A DNA stretch of 40,792 nucleotides from an archaeon (GTDB taxonomy: Archaea; Nanobdellota; Nanobdellia; SCGC-AAA011-G17; PNOQ01), in NCBI GenBank assembly GCA_021107835.1, contig JAIOSD010000020.1:1-40792 (forward strand), read 5' to 3'. Under the pieces are notes generated by a model, which was not told the origin of the DNA, did no database searches, and saw only the letters and a list, made by a program, of their open reading frames with translations. The stretch's first letter is position 1. Each line of letters opens with the position of its first letter. Position numbers and translations under genes: made by a program. Below are positions 26,804 through 33,620 of this stretch, piece after piece.

Positions 26804-27778
26804 TTATTTGCTTCGTTTACCATACATGGGTTCTAAATCAACCCTATCAAGAATATTCTTAGCAGTAGTGGCACTACAGATTCCCCGCCCCTCAGAAAGC
26901 CTTGCTAATGACAATCTTTCTCCCCCCTTTCTTACATTATCATACCTATTAAACATTTCAGTAAGATCTTCAAAATCATAAGAACATCGCATAGATTTGG
27001 CAACATATTCAGCAGCCTTTCTAGTAGCAAATCCCTCATCTTCAGAAAGTTGGAGTATTCTTAACTTCAAAAGAGAAACCAATTTTTCCTTATTCCCCCT
27101 ACTTTTTTTCCATATTCCATGCTGTCCACTTTCATGCAGATATTGTTCCACCCTTTGACGAGAAAGGTTTGCCCTATCTCCCATTTCTTGCAAAGTTAAA
27201 CCTTCTTCAATAATATCATCCATAGCATAATTCGTCCCATAAGGAATTAAATCTTCTGGAAGCCCTATTCCTTCTTCTCTACAAAGCTCCATAATCCCAC
27301 TTGGTTTAAGCCGAACCTGATTACAAAGTAGTTCTAAAGAGTTTTCACCCTTAGCTAAGGAATTTCTAAGTATTTCAATTCTTTTTTTCCTTGGATTTCT
27401 TTTTAAACTAATACCTCCAAAACTTGCATAAGATCGAATAGTACTAACAGCCAATCCAGTTCTCTCATTTAAAATATCAACATCATATATTTCCTCCTCT
27501 TCCACTAACTTCAGAATTTTTTCAACATTTCGCTTTCGCGACACATTCCTAAGACTAACCCCCCCTAAAGAGGCATAAGATTGAATTGTTCTAACAGCCA
27601 ATCTCATTCTCTCACTTAAAACATCAATATCACTAATTCCTTCATCTTCAACTAATTCACGAATTCTATCAATATTTCTTTGCATAAGAGGACCAACCCC
27701 CCCCTCTAAAGAATCAGAAACAGAATCCCCCCTAGACAGATCATTTCCACAACCATTTTTATCATCTGAGAACATCAT
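26804..27778 (-). CDS. Multi-HTH protein with tandem ~49-aa repeats plus a sigma-70-region-4-like HTH
   Basis: 324 aa. Repeat 1: NIDRIRELVEDEGISDIDVLSERMRLAVRTIQSYASLGGVSLRNVSRKR. Repeat 2: NVEKILKLVEEEEIYDVDILNERTGLAVSTIRSYASFGGISLKRNPRKKR. Repeat 3 is degenerate: IEILRNSLAKGENSLELLCNQVRLKPSGIMELCREEGIGL. Later LTLQEMGDRANLSRQRVEQYL. Confidence 0.7.
   Translation of the reverse strand: MMFSDDKNGCGNDLSRGDSVSDSLEGGVGPLMQRNIDRIRELVEDEGISDIDVLSERMRLAVRTIQSYASLGGVSLRNVSRKRNVEKILKLVEEEEIYDVDILNERTGLAVSTIRSYASFGGISLKRNPRKKRIEILRNSLAKGENSLELLCNQVRLKPSGIMELCREEGIGLPEDLIPYGTNYAMDDIIEEGLTLQEMGDRANLSRQRVEQYLHESGQHGIWKKSRGNKEKLVSLLKLRILQLSEDEGFATRKAAEYVAKSMRCSYDFEDLTEMFNRYDNVRKGGERLSLARLSEGRGICSATTAKNILDRVDLEPMYGKRSK
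27380..27676 (-). repeat. Intragenic tandem duplication (two ~147-nt units) encoding HTH-like modules
   Basis: Codons 35-83 and 84-133 of the 324-aa ORF are clearly homologous at the protein level and partly at the DNA level. A third degenerate copy follows, down to about 27254. Confidence 0.7.
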
Positions 27779-27895
27779 TTTTATTAATTTTAAGACAAAA
27801 TATTCATTTTATAAATCTTTCAATATGTAACCACTAAATAAAAATAACAATTAAACAAGAAACTATTAAATACACCAACTAACCCACAAATAACA

Positions 27896-28645
27896 ATGAT
27901 AGATCCTGTAGCAATAAATTTAGGAACAATACAAATAAGATGGTATGGAATTATCATGGCTTTAAGCTTTGTAATAGCTTATTTCATGATAATAAAATTA
28001 GCAAAACAAAGAAATATTCCAAAAGAAACAATAACAGACTATTTCTTATATTTCATTCCAGCATCAATAATAGGAGCGAGATTATTAGCAGTGATACTAA
28101 ACCACGAAAACTACTCCTCTTTTTACGATATAATTGCAGTATGGCAAGGTGGCATGGCCATACACGGAGGAATAATCGCAACAGTATTAGTAACATTATA
28201 CTTTTGTAAAAAAAGAAACTTACACTTTTATGACATTTCAGATATCTTAGTAATTCCAGTAGCTTTGGGATTAACATTAGGAAGAATTGGGAATTTTATA
28301 AATCAAGAATTTATTGGAAAACCAACTAATCTTCCCTGGGGAGTTTACTTTGATAATATAACAGAAAAAAGACACCCTTCACAAATATATGAATCCCTAA
28401 AAAACTTTTTAATCTTTTCCATAACAATAAAACTCTACGCTTTCAAAAAACTAAAACGTGGAACAATAACATGGGTTTTCTTATTATTATACTCTACTTT
28501 AAGATTCTTAATAGAATTTGTAAAAGAAATGCCAACTTGGTATGAATTAACTTACGGACAGATAGTTTCAATACCAATTATAATCTTATCAATCATTATG
28601 TTGTGGAGAATAGGGAAAAATAACACTGTTAACCATAACCTTTAA
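27896..28645 (+). CDS. lgt: Prolipoprotein diacylglyceryl transferase (bacterial-type Lgt)
   Basis: IRWYGIIMALSF, HGGIIATVL, GRIGNFINQEFIGKPTNLPWGVYF...RHPSQIYESL are canonical Lgt motifs. 249 aa and polytopic. Confidence 0.88.
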   Translation: MIDPVAINLGTIQIRWYGIIMALSFVIAYFMIIKLAKQRNIPKETITDYFLYFIPASIIGARLLAVILNHENYSSFYDIIAVWQGGMAIHGGIIATVLVTLYFCKKRNLHFYDISDILVIPVALGLTLGRIGNFINQEFIGKPTNLPWGVYFDNITEKRHPSQIYESLKNFLIFSITIKLYAFKKLKRGTITWVFLLLYSTLRFLIEFVKEMPTWYELTYGQIVSIPIIILSIIMLWRIGKNNTVNHNL

Positions 28646-28709
28646 ATAACATTCAGAAACTAATCATAAGCTAGAATAATAATCTTATAAAATATACGGA
28701 GGGATAAAT

Positions 28710-29786
28710 TTGGAAGAAAATAATAACTTTGGAGATTTTCCAAAACCAGAAGACAAGAAAATTGGAGAAACTCCAAAAATAAACAAAAAAACAAATAGCT
28801 GGAAAATAGCTACTTTTGTATTTGGTATTCTATTTGTTGTAAGCATTTTAACAGGATCTAGCTTATCAGCCTTATCTATTTCAGGTAATACAGTAGCTAT
28901 AGAAGCAGTAGATTTCATAAATACAAATTTACTAGTAGGAAGTCCAGAAAAAGCAACATTAGAAGACTCTGAAAAAGCAAGCGGTGTTAAAGCAACTATT
29001 TCAATTGCAGGACAACAAACCCCAATATTCATAACTAACGATGGGGAAATGATGTATTTGAATGCAATTCCATTAACACAACAAATAATAACAGAACCAC
29101 AAGAATCACCAGAACCACAAGAACAACCAGTAGTAGAAGTTTCAACAAAATCAGACAAACCTACTGTTGAATTATTTATTATGAGTCACTGTCCGTATGG
29201 TACACAAGCAGAAAAAGGAATTTTACCAGTAATTGAAACATTAAGTAACAAAATAGATTTTGATCTTAAGTTTGTATATTACGCAATGCATGGTGAAAAA
29301 GAAGTAAATGAACAAGCAAACCAATATTGTATACAAAAAGAACAAAAAGATAAATTACTAGATTATCTATATTGTTTCTTAGGATCTCAATCAGGTTCAG
29401 AAACTGAAGCAACAAATTGTAGGGCTGAAGTGGGAATCAACGAAGAGATGTTAACTACATGTATTGAATCAGCAAACACCGAATTTGACCTTGATGCAAA
29501 CTTAAAAGATGAATCATCTTGGTTAAGTGGACAATTCCCATTGTTTAATATAGATAAAGAAGACAATGAGAAATATAGTGTAAGAGGTTCACCAACATTA
29601 GTTGTTAATGGAGAAACTGTAAATTCTGGAAGAGATTCGATAAGTTTACTTAAAGCAATTTGTAGCGCATTTAATGTAGCTCCAGAAGAATGTAACACTA
29701 AATTTGAAGTTGGTTCACCAACACCTGGATTTGGATTTGAAAAAACTACACAAGCAAATGCTGCAACTGCCGGTTGTGGTATTTAA
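28710..29786 (+). CDS. Membrane-anchored extracytoplasmic thioredoxin-fold protein (GILT/DsbA-like) with a CPYG motif
   Basis: TTG start with GGAGGG 7 nt upstream. TM anchor WKIATFVFGILFVVSIL. VELFIMSHCPYGTQAE (one Cys where CxxC is usual). MHGEKEVNEQANQYC resembles the GILT signature HGxxECxxNxxxxC. Confidence 0.7.
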   Translation: MEENNNFGDFPKPEDKKIGETPKINKKTNSWKIATFVFGILFVVSILTGSSLSALSISGNTVAIEAVDFINTNLLVGSPEKATLEDSEKASGVKATISIAGQQTPIFITNDGEMMYLNAIPLTQQIITEPQESPEPQEQPVVEVSTKSDKPTVELFIMSHCPYGTQAEKGILPVIETLSNKIDFDLKFVYYAMHGEKEVNEQANQYCIQKEQKDKLLDYLYCFLGSQSGSETEATNCRAEVGINEEMLTTCIESANTEFDLDANLKDESSWLSGQFPLFNIDKEDNEKYSVRGSPTLVVNGETVNSGRDSISLLKAICSAFNVAPEECNTKFEVGSPTPGFGFEKTTQANAATAGCGI

Positions 29787-29805
29787 TTTCTTTTTTTCTT
29801 TTTTT
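29787..29805 (+). terminator. Oligo-T tract (T3-C-T7-C-T7), likely archaeal terminator
   Basis: Begins immediately after the TAA at 29784-29786. Its last T is the first base of the convergent gene's stop codon (TGA on the minus strand, 29805-29807). Confidence 0.45.
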
Positions 29806-30143
29806 CAAGAAATAGATTGAATTAATTCCTTTCTTTCTTCAACTAAAGAATTCTCTTTAACCAAGATCCAATCAAGTTTTATAAGATTCTTAATAAAAGA
29901 ATTCTCAATATTAAGTTTATAATAATCAGACTTTCCTATCTTTCTAGTTTTAACTAACACTTTAGATTTAACAAATTCAGGGAAAAATATTTTTAAAGAA
30001 TTATAACTAACATTACTTTCCCTTGCTATCTCAGTCATAGGAAAATCAAACATATAATTATCTATTAAAAAATCCAATACCCTTAACTGAGGAGTATCTC
30101 CAAATTGTTTCAAAAACAAACTTTTATTTTCTTTTATTTTCAT
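29805..30143 (-). CDS. Winged-helix transcriptional regulator
   Basis: 112 aa; PQLRVLDFLIDNYMFDFPMTEIARESNVSYNSLKIFFPEFVKSKVLVKTRKIGKSDYYKLN reads as helix-turn-helix plus a beta-wing. Confidence 0.6.
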   Translation of the reverse strand: MKIKENKSLFLKQFGDTPQLRVLDFLIDNYMFDFPMTEIARESNVSYNSLKIFFPEFVKSKVLVKTRKIGKSDYYKLNIENSFIKNLIKLDWILVKENSLVEERKELIQSIS

Positions 30144-30162
30144 TTTCTTGTGTGTGCGAATT

Positions 30163-30184
30163 AAGTATAGTCCAAGTATAGTCC
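30163..30184. promoter_or_regulatory. Perfect tandem 11-mer (AAGTATAGTCC x2) abutting a TATA box; candidate operator
   Basis: AAGTATAGTCC at 30163-30173 and again at 30174-30184, directly followed by TTTATAAA (30185-30192). Located in the divergent intergenic region between two wHTH genes. Confidence 0.5.
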
Positions 30185-30192
30185 TTTATAAA
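30185..30192. promoter_or_regulatory. TATA box (TTTATAAA, palindromic) in the divergent promoter region
   Basis: 42 nt from the minus-strand gene's start (30143) and 70 nt from the plus-strand ATG (30262). A second TTTAAAAA-like box lies near 30233. Confidence 0.4.
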
Positions 30193-30261
30193 TATTTCTA
30201 TTTTAGTGCGATATATTTCAATAATAGAAACATTTAAAAATCGTAATTATAATTAAATTTT

Positions 30262-30522
30262 ATGTTATTAGACTTAGAAAAAGCTCAAATTATGCGTAAA
30301 CTTGCAAGAAAGGGGAATTGGAAGGCATCATACGATAGATTAGAACATTTTAAAAGATTCCAAAGTTTAGATAAAAGTATAAAAGAACTTTCAAAAATAG
30401 GATGGATTATCATCCACAAAAAAGACAGGTACACCGCAATATCTTTAAACCCAGAACATAAAAAAAAGATTATAGAGTATATTGAAAAAAAAATTCCTCA
30501 CTTAAAAGGAATTATTGAATAG
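30262..30522 (+). CDS. Small hypothetical protein, possibly winged-helix
   Basis: 86 aa; KGNWKASYDRLEHF...KSIKELSKIGWIIIHKKDRYTAISLNPEHKKKIIEYI. No firm family call. Confidence 0.45.
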   Translation: MLLDLEKAQIMRKLARKGNWKASYDRLEHFKRFQSLDKSIKELSKIGWIIIHKKDRYTAISLNPEHKKKIIEYIEKKIPHLKGIIE

Positions 30523-31239
30523 TTATTTCTTTTCAGCTATTTTCCACATTAAATTAAATTGTTTATAGAACCCATCAGATAATTCTTTACTTTTAATTAA
30601 TATTATTGTTAAAGGCTCCCAAATCATTATGGCAACATACTCTCCAAAAGCCATCCAAGGGGTTGCAGAAAAAAACTTTTTATCAAGAAATCTATATTCC
30701 ATATGTTTCTCAGGATAAACAAACTCAACATCTTTAAAAGTAATCAACTTTTCTTTCATTCCTAGTTTTTGTTCTTGTTTAAAATAATGTTTGATATCAA
30801 TAGGAAAATTTTTCTTAAATAAAGTTTCATCAATTCCATAAGCGTGTATATTTTTTCTTACTCTTAAAGCCAAATTTAACAAAGTTTTAAATCCCCCCTT
30901 TCCACGAAGAACTTCTATCTTAATTTCTTCTTTATGTTGTTCACTTAGATTTATTAGTTCTGGGAGAATTTCCTTGAGTCCAATTTCTTTTTCCTTAATA
31001 AAATCCATTAATTTAGACGGATGCATAGCAGAATAGAATTTAACATTATTTTCAACAGAATAACTAACTAATCCTTTATTTATTAATTTCTCAATAAAAT
31101 CATAAATTGTAGTTCTATGTAGTCCAGATTCTTCTTTTATTTTACTTACCTTAGAACTACCCAATTTTAACAGGGCCAAATATACTTTAGTCTCTCCATC
31201 AGATAATCCCAAATTTTCCAAAATAGCTTTAGTTTCCAT
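30523..31239 (-). CDS. TrmB-family transcriptional regulator
   Basis: METKAILENLGLSDGETKVYLALLKLGSSKVSKIKEESGLHRTTIYDFIEKLINKGLVSYSVENNVKFYSA is the canonical TrmB N-terminal wHTH. The start is placed at the internal ATG 31239. The track's 33-codon extension runs through the promoter region. Confidence 0.82.
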   Translation of the reverse strand: METKAILENLGLSDGETKVYLALLKLGSSKVSKIKEESGLHRTTIYDFIEKLINKGLVSYSVENNVKFYSAMHPSKLMDFIKEKEIGLKEILPELINLSEQHKEEIKIEVLRGKGGFKTLLNLALRVRKNIHAYGIDETLFKKNFPIDIKHYFKQEQKLGMKEKLITFKDVEFVYPEKHMEYRFLDKKFFSATPWMAFGEYVAIMIWEPLTIILIKSKELSDGFYKQFNLMWKIAEKK

Positions 31240-31272
31240 AACAATTTTTAGCATCACTAGTATATAAATGTT

Positions 31273-31292
31273 GTTGTCGGAAAAACGACAGC
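31273..31292. promoter_or_regulatory. Inverted repeat GTTGTCG-GAAAAA-CGACAGC between TATA-like boxes; candidate operator
   Basis: Perfect 5-bp arms TGTCG (31275-31279) and CGACA (31286-31290), extendable to 7 bp with one mismatch. Flanked by tatataaa (31261-31268) and ctttatata (31297-31305). Confidence 0.35.
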
Positions 31293-31355
31293 ATAGCTTT
31301 ATATACATATGGATTACTATTTCTAAGTAACAAAACAAAAAGGAGGAAAACTAAA

Positions 31356-31760
31356 ATGACAAATTTAATGCAAAAAATAAGAAATTTATCAACTAACGCC
31401 AAGGTTAGAATTGTGGGATTAGCCACCATAGGGTTAGGTATGTACGGCTTAAATAGTTTGGGGGATCAAAGTGCCGCGGAAAGACATCAAGAACATCAAG
31501 CAAGATTAAAAGCCCACAACGAACAAGTGATCGCTTATGCAGATTCAATGGTTTCTATAGATCAGGCCATAGAAGGTTCTCACACTAATCGAGATGGTGA
31601 AGAGCATAGGACGTGGTATATTGATACAGATAGTAATGGATTTGCTGATCAATATACCTCCACAATTATGGATGCACACCAAATAGATGATATTCGGGTG
31701 GCTCCAGGAGATGATTCTTATCAGATGGACGATCTTAGGGAAGAACTCGGTCAAGAATAG
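31356..31760 (+). CDS. Hypothetical membrane-anchored acidic protein
   Basis: 134 aa. AGGAGGA lies 8 nt upstream. TM VRIVGLATIGLGMYGL. Acidic C-terminal part. Confidence 0.55.
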   Translation: MTNLMQKIRNLSTNAKVRIVGLATIGLGMYGLNSLGDQSAAERHQEHQARLKAHNEQVIAYADSMVSIDQAIEGSHTNRDGEEHRTWYIDTDSNGFADQYTSTIMDAHQIDDIRVAPGDDSYQMDDLREELGQE

Positions 31761-31771
31761 GAGTTAATGAA

Positions 31772-32308
31772 ATGACAAGATTAGATTCAAAATTAATTCA
31801 ATTAAGGGAAAGGGAAAGGGAATTAAATGAAACGATACAACAGTCTCAAAATGAACTAGAAGATTTGTATAAAGGAAAAAACTCAGAAAGATATTTAGTG
31901 GTTTCTATGATAGAAAAATACGCTAAGGAGAACCTCATTCCAATTGGGGACCAATATAAATGTGCGGATGGGATAGATGGGGGATGTATGCGACAATTTT
32001 TTTATGATACTTCTAAAAAGGAAGGATTGGACATTAAGGGGGTTCATATTGGTGGATTAGAGTTACATAAGACCATTAATCCCTTGGAATTTGAGAGATA
32101 TGTTGAATTAAGAAGAAGATCAAATAAAGCCTCAAGGATAGCTAATTACGCTGCATGTTCTGTTGTCGGTTTCCCCCTTATACTTCCTGCACTTATATTT
32201 GCTACCTATATGGGGAATAAAGCAAATAAAATATGTAGTTCCCTTGACTCTTTAACAGGCATGGATGTAGTATCTCACATATCAGAAAAAATCGGGGAAA
32301 CATCCTAA
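31772..32308 (+). CDS. Hypothetical coiled-coil protein with a C-proximal TM segment
   Basis: 178 aa. AGGAG lies 8 nt upstream. N-terminal LIQLRERERELNETIQQSQNELEDL. TM CSVVGFPLILPALIFATYMG. Confidence 0.55.
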   Translation: MTRLDSKLIQLRERERELNETIQQSQNELEDLYKGKNSERYLVVSMIEKYAKENLIPIGDQYKCADGIDGGCMRQFFYDTSKKEGLDIKGVHIGGLELHKTINPLEFERYVELRRRSNKASRIANYAACSVVGFPLILPALIFATYMGNKANKICSSLDSLTGMDVVSHISEKIGETS

Positions 32309-32309
32309 C

Positions 32310-32330
32310 TTTTTCTTTTTTTCTTTTTTT
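32310..32330 (+). terminator. Oligo-T tract (T5-C-T7-C-T7), likely archaeal terminator
   Basis: Starts 2 nt after the TAA at 32306-32308. Contains the same 19-mer TTTCTTTTTTTCTTTTTTT found at 29787-29805. Confidence 0.45.
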
Positions 32331-32337
32331 AGTTAAT

Positions 32338-32345
32338 TTTATAAA
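32338..32345 (+). promoter_or_regulatory. TATA box (TTTATAAA) for tRNA-Tyr
   Basis: Ends 26 nt upstream of tRNA position 1 (32372). Confidence 0.5.
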
Positions 32346-32371
32346 TAACCTTAAGTCTTAATTTTAAATAT

Positions 32372-32496
32372 CCCGTCGTAGCTTAACCTGGTAAAGCACG
32401 TGGCTGTAGTTACTATTCGACTGTGTCGTAAAGACTAAGAATGAAAAATAGTCAGCCGAACCCGCGGTATTCCCGGTTCGAATCCGGGCGACGGGA
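32372..32496 (+). tRNA. tRNA-Tyr (anticodon GTA) with a ~51-nt intron in the anticodon loop
   Basis: Acceptor CCCGTCG (32372-78) pairs with CGACGGG (32489-95), discriminator A. The C1:G72 pair is the archaeal/eukaryal Tyr identity pair. D-arm GCTT/AAGC. Anticodon stem CGTGG (32399-403) pairs with CCGCG (32462-66, one G-U). Loop starts CTGTAG, with GTA at 32406-08. T-arm CCCGG-TTCGAAT-CCGGG. The intron is about 32410-32460 if it sits at the canonical 37/38 position. It contains an ACTATT/AATAGT helix. The BHB motif is imperfect. CCA is not encoded. Confidence 0.85.
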
Positions 32497-32514
32497 TATT
32501 TTTTCTTCAAAAGA

Positions 32515-32522
32515 TTTATAAA
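32515..32522 (+). promoter_or_regulatory. TATA box (TTTATAAA) for the hydrolase gene; near-leaderless
   Basis: Ends 22 nt before ATG 32545. The 14-mer TTTATAAATAACCT is identical to the tRNA-Tyr promoter at 32338-32351. Confidence 0.45.
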
Positions 32523-32544
32523 TAACCTAAAAATCCAAAAATAT

Positions 32545-33297
32545 ATGTCATTAGACCACCTCATATGCAAAATAAGAGACTCACGAAGAGTATCCCCACC
32601 AAAATTTGATCCAAATAATTTTATTCACAAAAGACACAGTATAGTTCCAGGATCAAATAAAGTCTACATTATTTTTCCAGGATGGAGATCTGGACTTAAA
32701 CATTCCCAAATATTAAGAAACACCCTCACTAAAAGGGGGCAATCTTGTTTAGAATATGAATTTCATCCAGATATCTTAACTTCAGATCCTCAACAAACAT
32801 TAGACTGTTTCGAACAAATAAAAAAAGATGGATTACAAGAAATAGAAAATCTTAAACAAATATACAACTTTAAAAATATCCAAGTTATAGGCATGAGCCT
32901 GGGGGGGATGCATGCTTACATGGTTTCTAATCACAATCCAAATATCGATAAATTAACTCTTGTATGCACAGGGTATTCTCTAGCAGAATCTCTTTGGGAT
33001 GGAATCGCAACACAACATCTAAGAAAAAATATGGAAAAACAAGGGATAACCCTAGACCAATTAGAAACCCTTTGGGGAAAAATCCACCCTTACAATAACA
33101 TAGATGGATTAACAGGCAAAAAGATACAAGTATTCCTATCAAAGGCAGATAAATTAATAAGATATTCTGGGGGCAAAAAGATAGTAAATGCAATGAAAGA
33201 ATTAGGATTAGATCCACAAGTTGAAGAAAACAGATTTTTAGGTCATTACATAACAATTTGGATGAAATATAATTCGCCTGGAAAAATAATTTCTTAA
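32545..33297 (+). CDS. Alpha/beta-fold hydrolase
   Basis: 250 aa; nucleophile elbow VIGMSLGG (GxSxG); typical length and order of hydrophobic strands. Confidence 0.75.
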   Translation: MSLDHLICKIRDSRRVSPPKFDPNNFIHKRHSIVPGSNKVYIIFPGWRSGLKHSQILRNTLTKRGQSCLEYEFHPDILTSDPQQTLDCFEQIKKDGLQEIENLKQIYNFKNIQVIGMSLGGMHAYMVSNHNPNIDKLTLVCTGYSLAESLWDGIATQHLRKNMEKQGITLDQLETLWGKIHPYNNIDGLTGKKIQVFLSKADKLIRYSGGKKIVNAMKELGLDPQVEENRFLGHYITIWMKYNSPGKIIS

Positions 33298-33543
33298 TTA
33301 TTAATTTATATATTTAAATAAACATAATTTCAAAAACATTTAATTTGTTACAAACCTACAAACTCGATTCTCTATAAGCTAAATAAACTATACCCTTTAT
33401 AAACTCCCCCTCGAAAAACAAAAGCTTTATAAATCATATCGTTCCGCTAAACTCCCATATAAGTAACAACTCTCTCTAAAGATGGCTATCCGAAAATAAA
33501 TTACACATTGTTTTGATAAAAATCTAAAGAGGACTATGCTAAT

Positions 33544-33617
33544 GCCCGGATGGTGTAGTTCGGTTAGCATAAGGCCCTGTCGCGGCCTTGACCCGGGTTC
33601 AAATCCCGGTTCGGGCG
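33544..33617 (+). tRNA. tRNA-Asp (anticodon GTC)
   Basis: Acceptor GCCCGGA pairs with TTCGGGC (one G-U). Anticodon stem AGGCC/GGCCT, loop CTGTCGC. T-arm CCGGG-TTCAAAT-CCCGG. Discriminator G. No intron. Confidence 0.9.
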
Positions 33618-33620
33618 TTC

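Noticed and set aside
28685-29158. 157-aa minus-strand ORF, plus 29387-29698 (-)
   Set aside because: Antisense shadows of the thioredoxin-fold gene, which has a ribosome-binding site, a TM anchor and recognisable motifs.
32338-32528. Identical 14-mers TTTATAAATAACCT flanking tRNA-Tyr (32338-32351 and 32515-32528), considered as att-like direct repeats of an integrated element
   Set aside because: Each copy sits at TATA-box distance from a downstream gene start (tRNA-Tyr and the hydrolase ATG). The repeats bracket only the tRNA, not a cargo region, and no integrase is present. Shared promoter sequence is the simpler explanation.
32364-32570. 68-aa minus-strand ORF
   Set aside because: It is almost entirely antisense to the tRNA-Tyr gene and its promoter. 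The tRNA cloverleaf explains the sequence.
33298-33543. 246-nt intergenic region upstream of tRNA-Asp, examined for a small RNA (C/D box) or an extra tRNA
   Set aside because: I found no cloverleaf, no convincing C (RUGAUGA) / D (CUGA) box pair and no stable hairpin by eye. It contains several TATA-like ctttataaa boxes and is most simply a promoter-rich spacer. A covariance-model scan would be needed to exclude an ncRNA.
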